Assembly: GCA_044223005.1 (NCBI GenBank)
Contig: JBGAML010000014.1
Span: forward strand, 1-64,000
Reading direction: 5' to 3'
Length of the DNA: 64,000 nt
Origin: Candidatus Eiseniibacteriota bacterium
GTDB lineage: Bacteria; Eisenbacteria; RBG-16-71-46
The position numbers and the translations under genes were made by a program. Positions 1 through 10,504 of this stretch are shown here, in pieces. Positions within the stretch are counted from its first letter, which is position 1. Each line of letters opens with the position of its first letter. Under the pieces are notes generated by a model, which was not told the origin of the DNA, searched no databases, and worked only from the letters and a program-made list of their open reading frames with translations.

Positions 1-647
1 ACCAGCTCGCGCACGTCGCCCGGCAGCGTGCGCGCGAAAGCGGCCTCGATGCCGCGGCGCGCGCCGCACGCGAGCCGCACCGGCGCGTCGCGCAGCCGGT
101 GCGTGGGCGCGACGCGCGCGACCGGCGCGCGACCGTGCGCCAGCGTCGACGCCGCGTCGGCGGCCGCGCGCGCGTCGAAGCCGCCGGGATTGCGTGACCC
201 GCCGAAGCGCTCGAGCCGCGCGAGCGTGCGCACGGTATCGGCCCAGTCCGCGGTGCAGCCCGCGGGCAGCCGCAGCCGGACGAGTACGCCCGCCGGCAGC
301 GCGGGCGACGCCTGCAGCACGCGCGCGCACGCGACCGGCTCGCCACCTTCGCGCCGGGCCGGCTCGTCGAGCCGCACGACGAGCCGCACGAGCGTGCCGT
401 CGGGCGGCAGGGCCGCGCGCACGGCCTCGAGCCGCTGCGCGCGTGCGGCGCCGCGGCCCGCGCCGGCGAGCGCCACGGCGAGCGCGAGCAGCGCGGTTCC
501 CGTGCGCGGCGGCGCGCGGTCGGCGAGCCACGCGAGCGGCAGCACGGCGACCAGGCACGCCCACGCGGCGCCGGGCGGGAGCCCCGCGCCGCAGGCGAGC
601 CCGAGCCACAGCGCGATCGCGAGCGGCACCGCTCCCCGGCCTCCCAT
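1..647 (-). CDS. comEC: ComEC/Rec2 family competence protein, N-terminal part (runs off window)
   Basis: My translation from ATG 647 gives MGGRGAVPLAIALWLGLACG, hydrophobic helices, an OB-like region and RNPGGFDARA, matching the ComEC NPGxFDY motif. Absent from the ORF track because it is truncated. Confidence 0.75.
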   Translation of the reverse strand, partial: MGGRGAVPLAIALWLGLACGAGLPPGAAWACLVAVLPLAWLADRAPPRTGTALLALAVALAGAGRGAARAQRLEAVRAALPPDGTLVRLVVRLDEPARREGGEPVACARVLQASPALPAGVLVRLRLPAGCTADWADTVRTLARLERFGGSRNPGGFDARAAADAASTLAHGRAPVARVAPTHRLRDAPVRLACGARRGIEAAFARTLPGDVREL

Positions 648-660
648 CGCCGGTGCGGAC

Positions 661-676
661 TGCGAGCGCCGTGCCA
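661..676 (-). promoter_or_regulatory. Putative sigma54 (-24/-12) promoter of comEC
   Basis: Minus strand TGGCACGGCGCTCGCA has GG-N10-GC and a perfect TGGCAC, just upstream of the comEC ATG. Confidence 0.5.
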
Positions 677-719
677 CCCACGGATGCGCGCGGACGTGTG
701 GCCCCGCGCCGAAACGCGA

Positions 720-750
720 GCGGCCCCGTCCACGACGTGGACGGGGCCGC
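720..750 (-). terminator. Hairpin/terminator after the PEGA gene
   Basis: Perfect 15-bp inverted repeat GCGGCCCCGTCCACG-A-CGTGGACGGGGCCGC, 14 nt past the stop at 765. Weak U-tract. Confidence 0.55.
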
Positions 751-764
751 CGCCGAAGCGAACG

Positions 765-3700
765 CTACTCGCCGCGTGCCGCGCGGCCGGCCGCGGTCGA
801 CGCGGCCTGGATCTCCGAGAAGTACTCGTCGCCCTGCATCGTCGCCGTGCTCACGTACCAGCGCGCGTTGCCGTGCGCGTCGAACGCCGCCGGCGGGAAC
901 ACCGCCGCGAGCACCGGGCCGTGCTGGCCGCGCATCGCCGTCATCGGGTAGCGGCGCCAGAGGCCGTCCGGCGTCGAGACGTGCAGCCAGCCCTCGCGGA
1001 TGTCCGCGAGCCGCAGCCCGCTCACCGCGGCCGACACCATCACCTGCTGCTCGGGCGTCGAGGGGTGCACGCCGTTCAGGAGCGACACCTGCGGAGACGG
1101 GCTCTCGAGCCCGAAGCCGAACGACGCGAAGCGCTCGTTGCCGCCGGGCAGGTCGATCACCTGCACCGGCGCGGTCTCGCCGTGCCACGTGAGCTTCAGG
1201 CTGTGCGGCCCGCGCGGCAGCTCGAGCGAGGCAGGCGTCACGCCGCGCAGCTGCCCGTCGACGAACACCTGCGCACCGGAGAGCGGCGTCGAGCCCTGCT
1301 CGTCGTTGAGCGTCGCCTGCACCTTCACGACGCCGGTCGCCGGCGCGCTCATCGGGCGCGCCATGACTTCGGCGGCCTGGCGCACGCCGACCTGCACGGT
1401 CTGCGCCCACGCCGGCATGCCGGGACCCGTGAACCGGAGCTCGTGCAGCCCCGGCGGCAGCGATTCGACGCGCAGCGGCAGGTAACCCATCGGCTTGCCG
1501 TCGAGCGCGACGTTGATCGGCGTGTCGGGATCGGACGTGTCGACCGCCAGCGAGCCGTCGAGCGAAGGTTCGACGGCGACCTTCTCGCCGTTCTGTCCGC
1601 GCACCTGCACCTGCGCGCTGCCGAGATCGGGCAGCGTCAGCGTGAGCGTGTGCGCGCCCGGCGGCAGTTCGACGTCCGCGGGCGTGCGACGCGCGATGTC
1701 GCGGCCGTCGACCGAGATCCACGCACCGTTGGGTGAGCTGTTGACGGTCGCCACGTAGTGCGGCGCCGCGATGCCGATCGCGCGCAGCGCCTTCGCGAAC
1801 GGGCCGGGCTCACCCGGCTCGCGCGGGCTCGTCAACGCGCCGACGAGCCAGCCGACGCCGAACACGCCGGCGACGATGGCGACGGTGATCCACGTGCGGC
1901 GGCTCGGGCCCTTGCGCCGGCGCGGCGCGTCGTCGAGCACCGGCCAGTCGGCACGCGGCGCGCGCGGACGCGCGATGAGCAGCCCCTCCTCGATCGGGTC
2001 GTTCGGGGCGAGCGTCGGCGCGAAGCCAGCCTCGGGTGCGCCCTGCGGCGCCACCGGCGGCGTGGGCACGATCGCCTGCGGCGGTACGGGCACGGGCTCG
2101 ACGCGCAGCACGGGCGGCGCCGCACCGGGCGGCGGCTCGTGCGCGACCGGACGCGCGGGCTCGGGCCGGAGCGGCGGCGCGGCCTGCGCCCCGAGCGGCT
2201 CGAGCGTCGGCGACGCGGTGGCGGCCGAAGCGGGCGGCGTCACGCGCAGCACCGGCGGGCCCGTGGGCGGCTCGGGCGCAGCGACCGGCGCCGCGTTCAC
2301 CACCGGCTCGGGCCGCACGGGCACCGGCGGGATGGCGAACGTCGTGTCGGCGCCGACGGGCTCGTGCTCGACGACCACCGGCTCCGTGGTCGCGACCGGC
2401 ACCGTGGGCGCCGGCAGCACCGGCAGCGTCGCGGCGTCGATCTCGCTCATCTGCCGCACCGTGCGCGCGTGCCGGCTCTCGTCGTCACGCGACGCGGGCG
2501 CGGGCTCGATCTCGAGCGGCGCCGCGACGTCGAACGCGTGCGCCTCGGCGGGCGGCTCGGCCGCCTCGGCCATCTCGGCGGCCTGGCCGGGACGGAAGTC
2601 CGCGGCGGCTTCGAGCACGTACGTGTCGTCGAAGTCGGAAACCGGTTCGACGGGCAGCGGCGGCGGCACGTCGGGCAGCACGAACGCGGTCTGCTCGGCG
2701 GTGTCGAGCGTCTCGGCCGGCACGCTCTCGGAGAGCAGCGCGTCGTACGTCGAGACCGGAGCGACCTCGGGCTCGACGGGTTTCGGCTCACGCTTGCGTC
2801 CGAAGCCGAGCAGCTTGCCGAGCCAGCGCCCGACCGGATGCCCGGTGGGTCGCGGCGCCGACAGGCTCTCGGCGGCCGCGAGCGCTTCGGGATCGAGCCC
2901 CGGTGCGTCGGCGACCGGCGCGACCGGCTCGGGCGGCGGCGCGGCGGCGAATGTCTCTCCCGTGTCCGCGATCGGTTCGAGATCGGCGACCGCGTCGAGC
3001 GGCACGCCGCGCACGCCGGCGAACGGATCGGCCTGCGGCTCGGGCTCGGCGGTCTCGGGCGGCAGCATCCACCCCGCTTCGTGCGCGACCGGTTCGTTCG
3101 CGAGGCTCGGCTGCTGCGACGGCAGCGATTCGGGCAGCGCCGGTGCGGCCGGTGCCTCGGGCGCCGCGAACGCCACGGGTTCGGGCTCCGTCACGGGCGC
3201 GGGCGCGGCGGGCGGCGCGGCGCTCTCGGCGAGCGGCGCGACGTCGACCGTCGCGGGCACGGCGGTGTCGACCACCACGGGCGCCGGCGTCGCGCTCTCG
3301 CGCACGAACCAGTACGCCTCGATGAGTGCGGACTGCGAGGGATCGTCCGCGGGGCCGTACGCGAGTTCGATCTGCGCCATGCGATCGGTCGGCAGCACCG
3401 CGGCGCGGGCTTCGCGTCCGTCCTGGTCACGCACGATCACCCACTGCGGCTCGATCGGCTGGCCTTCGACGAGCACGGTGACGCGCGCGTCGCCCACGAA
3501 GCCGAAGCCGGCGTGTTCACCCGTGTCGACGAATGCGGCCGAACACGGCGCATGACGGCCGGGCTGCGTCCACAGTTCGGACTGGGAGAAGAGCAGGCCC
3601 GTCAGCGCGTGATGGAGCAACGACGGGATCGCGCGTACGCGCGGGTCGCTGCGCGAGGTCTCGACGGCGACGCCGGCGAGGTCCTGCAGCCACGACTCGG

Positions 3701-3839
3701 CCTCGCCCTCGCTGTAGCCCGTCGGCACGCCGAGCAGCGCGATCTCGAGCGCGGGTGTGGAAAAGCCCGCGGTCATCACTTCCCCGAGGCTGCGGGTCGA
3801 TACCGCCCACCGCCCGGAGGCCGTGCTCGCCACGTTCAT
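765..3839 (-). CDS. PEGA-domain membrane protein (degenerate PP2C-like N-terminus, long Pro/Ala/Glu linker, one TM, about 3 PEGA domains)
   Basis: Start moved to ATG 3839 (GGGAG RBS, promoter upstream). TM WITVAIVAGVFGVGWLVGAL; PEGA repeats VNSSPNGAWISVDG..TP..LPPGAHTL, LDGKPMGYLP..PGLHEL and VFVDGQLRGVTP..GPHSL. Confidence 0.8.
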   Translation of the reverse strand: MNVASTASGRWAVSTRSLGEVMTAGFSTPALEIALLGVPTGYSEGEAESWLQDLAGVAVETSRSDPRVRAIPSLLHHALTGLLFSQSELWTQPGRHAPCSAAFVDTGEHAGFGFVGDARVTVLVEGQPIEPQWVIVRDQDGREARAAVLPTDRMAQIELAYGPADDPSQSALIEAYWFVRESATPAPVVVDTAVPATVDVAPLAESAAPPAAPAPVTEPEPVAFAAPEAPAAPALPESLPSQQPSLANEPVAHEAGWMLPPETAEPEPQADPFAGVRGVPLDAVADLEPIADTGETFAAAPPPEPVAPVADAPGLDPEALAAAESLSAPRPTGHPVGRWLGKLLGFGRKREPKPVEPEVAPVSTYDALLSESVPAETLDTAEQTAFVLPDVPPPLPVEPVSDFDDTYVLEAAADFRPGQAAEMAEAAEPPAEAHAFDVAAPLEIEPAPASRDDESRHARTVRQMSEIDAATLPVLPAPTVPVATTEPVVVEHEPVGADTTFAIPPVPVRPEPVVNAAPVAAPEPPTGPPVLRVTPPASAATASPTLEPLGAQAAPPLRPEPARPVAHEPPPGAAPPVLRVEPVPVPPQAIVPTPPVAPQGAPEAGFAPTLAPNDPIEEGLLIARPRAPRADWPVLDDAPRRRKGPSRRTWITVAIVAGVFGVGWLVGALTSPREPGEPGPFAKALRAIGIAAPHYVATVNSSPNGAWISVDGRDIARRTPADVELPPGAHTLTLTLPDLGSAQVQVRGQNGEKVAVEPSLDGSLAVDTSDPDTPINVALDGKPMGYLPLRVESLPPGLHELRFTGPGMPAWAQTVQVGVRQAAEVMARPMSAPATGVVKVQATLNDEQGSTPLSGAQVFVDGQLRGVTPASLELPRGPHSLKLTWHGETAPVQVIDLPGGNERFASFGFGLESPSPQVSLLNGVHPSTPEQQVMVSAAVSGLRLADIREGWLHVSTPDGLWRRYPMTAMRGQHGPVLAAVFPPAAFDAHGNARWYVSTATMQGDEYFSEIQAASTAAGRAARGE

Positions 3840-3894
3840 CGAGGGGCTCCCTCCCCGTGGGGTGCACGCGCGCCGGTTGCGCGTGTGCGATCCC

Positions 3895-3923
3895 AACCTA
3901 GCCAACGACACTACAAGTGTCAA
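3895..3923 (-). promoter_or_regulatory. Sigma70-type promoter of the PEGA gene with an overlapping palindrome
   Basis: Minus strand TTGACA-17 nt-TAGGTT. Palindrome GACACT-ACA-AGTGTC at 3907-3921 overlaps the -35 and spacer. Confidence 0.65.
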
Positions 3924-3938
3924 TGGCATCGCAGGTTG

Positions 3939-3954
3939 TGGCATGAGGCTTGCC
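3939..3954 (+). promoter_or_regulatory. Putative sigma54 promoter facing mltD
   Basis: TGGCATGAGGCTTGCC fits TGGCA-N6-TTGC with GG-N10-GC spacing. Confidence 0.5.
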
Positions 3955-4115
3955 GAGGCTGGAGGGCCGTCCCGCAACGGCCGATGCCATAGGCTCCGGA
4001 CCGTGCCCGGGATGCAAGTTGACAGAACCATGCATTGCGGGATGCACGACGGGACTGTTACTCCTCGTTCCTTGATCACCGAGTTGCGAGTCCACGATCC
4101 GCGGGAGGCCCGACG

Positions 4116-5792
4116 ATGACCGTACGCACGACTTCCCTGCGCGCCCTGGCGGCCGCCGCGCTTCTCGCGGCGCTCCTGCCCGTGGCCGCGTGGGCCGCCG
4201 AGCCGGTTCCGGCCAGCCGTCCCGCCGGGCCCGCGCTGGCCCCCCGCGACTCCGCGGCGGCTCCGCGCATGGTGCCGGTGCCCGAGGTCGAGCCCGCCGA
4301 CGCGGCCGTCGACTCGCTGCAGCCGGACCTGAACCAGCCCGCCCTCGAGGACATCCCGCTCCAGGTCAACTCGGACGTCCTCAAGTACATCGAGTTCTTC
4401 ACCGGCGCCGGCCGCAGCACGTTCGAGCGCTGGCTCAAGCGCTCGGGCCGCTACATGGAGCTCTTCCGCACGGTGCTGCAGCGCGAAGGCCTGCCGCCCG
4501 ACCTCGTCCACCTCGTGTTCGTGGAGAGCGGCTTCAACCTGAACGCCCGCTCGTACGCGAGCGCCGTGGGCCCGTGGCAGTTCATGCGCTCGAGCGCGCA
4601 GCTCTTCGGGCTCAACATCAACCAGTGGGTCGACGAGCGCAAGGATCCCGAGAAGGCCACCGTCGCCGCCGCGCGCTACCTCAAGCACCTGCACGGCATC
4701 TTCGGCGACTGGCCGCTGGCGATCGCCTCGTACAACTGCGGCGAAGGCACCGTGCTGCGCGCGATCAAGGCGCAGGGCACGACCAACTACTGGGACCTGA
4801 AGCTCCCGAAGCAGACCGAGCAGTACGTGCCGCAGTTCATGGCGGCCATGGCGATCACGCGCGACCCGGTGAAGTACGGCTTCACCGACGTCGAGTTCGA
4901 CGACCCGATGCGCTTCGACGAGATCGCGCTCAAGGGCGCGGTCGACCTGCGCGCCATCGCGAAGATGTGCGACTGCTCGCTCGAGGACCTGCGCACGCTG
5001 AACCCGGCGCTGCGTTCGACCGCGGCGCGCGGCCCGGGCGGCATCACGACGCTGCGCGTGCCCGAGGGCAAGAGCGAGCTCGTGCAGAAGGCCCTCGCCC
5101 GCGGCGAGCGGCTGCCCGCCGTCGACCTCACCGTGCGCCACCGCGTGCGCCGCGGCGAGACGTTGCGCACGATCGCGGCCGAGTACTCGGTGAGCCCCAA
5201 GGCGCTCGCGGCCGCGAACGGGATCAGCCGCCGCCATCCGCTGCGACGCGGCTCGATGCTGACGATTCCCGCGACCATGCGCGCGCCGGCGCCCGAGATC
5301 GTCGACGCATCCAGTGACCCGGCCGCGTCGACCGCGTACGTGCCGCCGCGCAAGATCGGGCTGCCCGCGAAGATCGACGGCAACAGTTCGGCCGCCGATC
5401 GCGTGAACCACATCGTGAAGCCCGGCGAGACGCTCTGGATGGTGAGCCAGCAGTACGGCGTCGCCCCCGAGCAGGTCATGCAGTGGAACCACCTCGCCAC
5501 CGATGCGCTCAAGCCCGGCCAGCGCCTGCGCGTGCACTCACCGCAGGATGCCGCCCAGGCGAGCGCGGCGATCGACAGCGCGCAGATCGCACAGCTGCGC
5601 GCGCCGGCGGCCCGCGGCAAGCACGGCTCGCGCGCGGTGTCGTCGTCGCACCGCTCGCACCTGGTGCGCAAGGGCGAGACGCTCTCCGAGATCGCGGCCC
5701 GCTACGGCGTCAGCGTCTCGCAGCTCCGGCGCGCGAACCACCTGAGCTCGAGCAACGTCCGCTCGGGCCAGCGCCTCCGCCTGCCGGGCTGA
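4116..5792 (+). CDS. mltD: Lytic murein transglycosylase D-like (SLT domain plus 3 LysM)
   Basis: Signal peptide; VESGFN, AVGPWQFM and ASYNCGEG motifs; LysM repeats HRVRRGETL, HIVKPGETL and HLVRKGETL; GGGAGG RBS before ATG 4116. Confidence 0.9.
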   Translation: MTVRTTSLRALAAAALLAALLPVAAWAAEPVPASRPAGPALAPRDSAAAPRMVPVPEVEPADAAVDSLQPDLNQPALEDIPLQVNSDVLKYIEFFTGAGRSTFERWLKRSGRYMELFRTVLQREGLPPDLVHLVFVESGFNLNARSYASAVGPWQFMRSSAQLFGLNINQWVDERKDPEKATVAAARYLKHLHGIFGDWPLAIASYNCGEGTVLRAIKAQGTTNYWDLKLPKQTEQYVPQFMAAMAITRDPVKYGFTDVEFDDPMRFDEIALKGAVDLRAIAKMCDCSLEDLRTLNPALRSTAARGPGGITTLRVPEGKSELVQKALARGERLPAVDLTVRHRVRRGETLRTIAAEYSVSPKALAAANGISRRHPLRRGSMLTIPATMRAPAPEIVDASSDPAASTAYVPPRKIGLPAKIDGNSSAADRVNHIVKPGETLWMVSQQYGVAPEQVMQWNHLATDALKPGQRLRVHSPQDAAQASAAIDSAQIAQLRAPAARGKHGSRAVSSSHRSHLVRKGETLSEIAARYGVSVSQLRRANHLSSSNVRSGQRLRLPG

Positions 5793-5810
5793 TCCCGCCG
5801 CACGTCACGC

Positions 5811-5844
5811 AGAAGCCCGGCGTCCCGAGGGACGCCGGGCTTCT
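5811..5844. terminator. Bidirectional terminator between convergent mltD and glgC
   Basis: AGAAGCCCGGCGTCCC-GA-GGGACGCCGGGCTTCT perfect inverted repeat. Confidence 0.75.
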
Positions 5845-5868
5845 TCGCTTCCGCGGAACGCGGGAGCG

Positions 5869-7142
<1,274 letters not shown>

Positions 7143-7146
<4 letters not shown>

Positions 7147-8402
7147 CGCAGCTCCTCGAACCAGCGCCGGTTGCCGACCACGGCGCCCGCGGGCAGGCGT
7201 CCGTCGCGGAAGTCCTCGTAGCGGCCGCCGACCCCGAACGAACTCGGGCGCGCCATGCGGCCGCCGGGCGGCACCCATGCGTCCTTGCCCACGAGCACGA
7301 GGCCACCGAGCCATTGCAGGTCGGGCGGACCGGGATCGTCTCCCTCGCCCACGACGGCCCCCTCGCCGACGCGGACGTACTTGTCGAGGATCGCGCGGCT
7401 GATGCGCGCTCCGGATTCGATCACCGTGTCCGCCATGATCACGGAGTCCTCCACGACGGCGCCGCGCCCGACCTTGACACCGGGGAACAGGATCGACCGG
7501 CGCACCTCGCCGTCGATCCGGCAGCCGTTCGCGACCAGGCTCTGCTCGATCGCGGCGTCGTCGCCCACCACCACGGCGGGGCGCTCCTCGTCGCGCGTCA
7601 GGATCGGCCAGCGGCTGTCGTGGAGCTGCAGCGCGGGCTCGGGCTGCACGAGCTCGAGGTTGGTGCGGTAGTAGGAGGACACGGTGCCCACGTCCTCCCA
7701 GAAGCCGTTGAACTCGTGCGCGTAGACGCGCTCGCCCGCGTCGACGAGCGGCCGCAGCACGTCGAGCACGAGGTCGACGGGGCGGCTGCGCAGCATCTCG
7801 CTCAGCACGTCGAACTCGAACACGTAGATGCCCATGGACGCGTGCGTCGCCGCGCTGCGCTCGGGCTTCTCTTCCAGCGTGCGCACGCGGCCGCCGCGAT
7901 CCATGGTCACCATGCCGAAGCGGCGCGTCTGGTCCGCGGGCACCTTCGTGACGGCGAGCGTCACCGACGCGCCCCGCTGCTCGTGCGCGAGGAACAGCGC
8001 GCGGTAGTCCATGCGGTAGACGTGGTCGCCCGACAGCACGAGCACGCGATTGGGCCGGTGTTCCTCGAGGTAGTCGAGGTTCTGCGTGATCGCGTCCGCG
8101 GTGCCGCGGTACCAGCCCGCGTGTTGCCGCGTCTGGAACGGCTGCAGGATCACGACGCCGCCCTGGCGGCGGTCGAGATCCCACGGGCGGCCGGCGCCGA
8201 TGTGGTCGTTGAGCGACGCGGGCGCGTGCTGCGCGAGCACGCCGACCTGGCCGATTCCGGAATGGCAGCAGTTGCTCAGCGAGAAGTCGATGACGCGGTA
8301 CTTGCCGCCGAACGGCAACGCGCTCACGGCGCGCTCGGCGGACAGGACGCCCAGCCGCTCACCGCCGCCTCCGGAGAGGATCAGCGCCATCACGTTCCGC
8401 AT
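7143..8402 (-). CDS. GlgC paralogue, probable GlgD-like subunit
   Basis: Same architecture (ILSGGGGERL, PFGGKYRVIDF, WYRGTADA, SGDHVY, EEKP), but RAVSAL replaces RAKPAV. Confidence 0.85.
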
Positions 8403-8504
8403 CGTTCCCTCGCGCGCCTCGTGTCAGTCGAACCCGGACTTCTCCGGGCCCACACTAAGGAGACGCGCTGGAGCGGTCAAGACATGCGGCCTCCGCCGCG
8501 AGCC

Positions 8505-9620
8505 TCACCAGCTCAGCGACGCGGAGACGAGGTGCGTGGCGTCGAGGTTCTTGTCGTCCGGGAAGAGCGGATCGCTCGCCGCGAAGAAGCGGTTGAGCGA
8601 CGCGGCGTAGTCGGCGCCGAAGTGCTTGTAGCGCACACCCAGCCCGAAATCGAGGTCCTTCCCGCCCATGCCGGCGCGCAGCGCCAGCGTGTTCCGGTAC
8701 CAGTACTCGAGCCCCGTGCGCACGTCGGCCGTCACCGCCCCGAGCTTGACCTGGCCGTCGAACGTGCGGTTCTCGAAGTTCCAGCCGAAGTCGGTCGCCC
8801 AGGTGAGCGCGTGCCGCGGCGCGGGCGTGAACTGGAACGCGGCGCCGGTGGTCAGGGTCGGCGACACGAACTCGCGCACGCCGTCGCTCCAACTGAGGTA
8901 CGTGGTCGTCGCGTCGTGCAGCACGCCGGAGAACGTCACCGCGTCCGAGGCCATGTAGATCAGGCCGGCGTCGACGCCGGCGCCGAACGACGTGACGTGC
9001 TCGCCCGGCAGCGTGTCCGGGATGCTCTGGCGGACGAACTTGAGCGTGCCGCCGTACGTCCAGTGCGTCCCGCGCTGGCGCGCGTACGACACCGCGACGG
9101 CGAGGTCGGTGCTGCTCGCCATGTAGAGATCCTCGGCCGAGAGCAGCAGCCGCTCGCCCGAGTCCCACTTGCCGTTGCCCTGGCCGTTGCCGGGCGTGAG
9201 CGGATCGTTGTCCGAGCCGTAGTCGAGCCAGTCGCCGGGCTTGAGCCCGCCGGGCCGCGGCGTGATCGGGATGTCGGAGACGCCCACCCACGTCGCGCTG
9301 ACACCGAGCGCCGCGCGGCGCGAGCCGTCGCCCTTGAGTGGCATCACGACGCTGCCGAAGTTGTGGTTCACGAGACTGCCGAACTGTTCGGCGTGCTGCA
9401 GGAATCCCTCGCGGTACGGCAGGAACACCATGCCCGCGGGGTTCCACCACGGCGAGGTCGCGTCGTCGGCGACCGCGCTGAACGCGCCGCCCATGCCGAT
9501 CGCGCGCGCGCCGACGGGAATCTTCATGAACTCGCCCGCGTACTTGGTCGCGCCGGCCGGAACGGTGGCGGCGACGAGGGCGACGGCGGTGAGCCAGGTG
9601 CGGATCCGCGACGGCGTCAT
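8505..9620 (-). CDS. PorV/UPF0164-like outer-membrane beta-barrel
   Basis: Signal peptide; FMKIPVGARAIGMGGAFSAVADDATSPWWNPAG signature; amphipathic strands; terminal W. Confidence 0.8.
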   Translation of the reverse strand: MTPSRIRTWLTAVALVAATVPAGATKYAGEFMKIPVGARAIGMGGAFSAVADDATSPWWNPAGMVFLPYREGFLQHAEQFGSLVNHNFGSVVMPLKGDGSRRAALGVSATWVGVSDIPITPRPGGLKPGDWLDYGSDNDPLTPGNGQGNGKWDSGERLLLSAEDLYMASSTDLAVAVSYARQRGTHWTYGGTLKFVRQSIPDTLPGEHVTSFGAGVDAGLIYMASDAVTFSGVLHDATTTYLSWSDGVREFVSPTLTTGAAFQFTPAPRHALTWATDFGWNFENRTFDGQVKLGAVTADVRTGLEYWYRNTLALRAGMGGKDLDFGLGVRYKHFGADYAASLNRFFAASDPLFPDDKNLDATHLVSASLSW

Positions 9621-9715
9621 GCGATTCCTCGTGCGGTTCGGGAGCGCCCGGGGCCGCGCTCCGCGCGGTCCCGCGAGACGCGGGGAGAATCCATCGAGCC
9701 TAGGAGGGTCGCTCG

Positions 9716-10288
9716 TCAGATGTCAACCGGTCCGGGGACCGGTTTCCACTCCGGCATGCTGGCCGCTCCGAGGGGCTGTGCGATGCGCCACTGGCCGCGC
9801 GCACGCACGAGTTCGCTCCCCGTCTCGAACATCTGCTCCTGTCCCGAACCCTTCGGCTTGAAGTGCACCTCGTACCGCACCAGCACGCGCCCGGCAGTCA
9901 CCGGGAGCGAACGGAAGGCCGTGAGCCAGAGGTCGTCCGTGGGCGGCATGAACCACAGTGCACCCGGAACCGGGAGATCGGTGCGCTCGGCGCTGTAGCA
10001 CTCGCGCACCGCGTCGGCGTCCCCTTCGCGCAGCGCTTCCCAGTACGTGAGCAACGTGCGGCTCGGCGACTGGAAGCGCGGATCGATGCGGCTGCGTTCG
10101 CCCTGGCCGAGCAGCGAACACGCGACCGCGAGGATCGCCAGCCATCCGCGCCAGCCCGGCCGATGCCGTGCGGGCGCTTCCGGCGTCACCCCCGGCGAGG
10201 GTGCGTCCGGTCCTACACCGTCCTCGGGGGCCGGTGTTCCCACCAACTGCAGCGGGGGCGTCCGCGGGTGCAGCAGGTCGAGTCGCAC
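9716..10288 (-). CDS. Hypothetical membrane-anchored protein (NTF2-like C-terminus)
   Basis: Hydrophobic WLAILAVACSLLG, then SPSRTLLTYWEALREGD...LVRARGQWRI. Start uncertain. Confidence 0.55.
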   Translation of the reverse strand: MRLDLLHPRTPPLQLVGTPAPEDGVGPDAPSPGVTPEAPARHRPGWRGWLAILAVACSLLGQGERSRIDPRFQSPSRTLLTYWEALREGDADAVRECYSAERTDLPVPGALWFMPPTDDLWLTAFRSLPVTAGRVLVRYEVHFKPKGSGQEQMFETGSELVRARGQWRIAQPLGAASMPEWKPVPGPVDI

Positions 10289-10504
10289 GGTCTCGCGCTT
10301 CTCGCGCCGGAGCCTTCGTGGCGGCCGGGAGCGTGCGGAATGGCGATGGCGGGCGACGCCTCCGGCGTGCCCATGAAGGGGTTCCGCTCACGAATCCAGC
10401 GCACGAAGCGTTCCGGCAGCACCGGCGCGGGCCTCGCGCCGCGCAGGAGGCTCGCGCGTCGCTGGAGCGCGCGGCCTCAGTCCGTTGGGATGGATACGCT
10501 TAGC

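Noticed and set aside
3840..5537. N-terminal 566 aa of the 1590-aa ORF 765..5537
   Set aside because: Antisense shadow of mltD. The RBS and promoter support a start at 3839.
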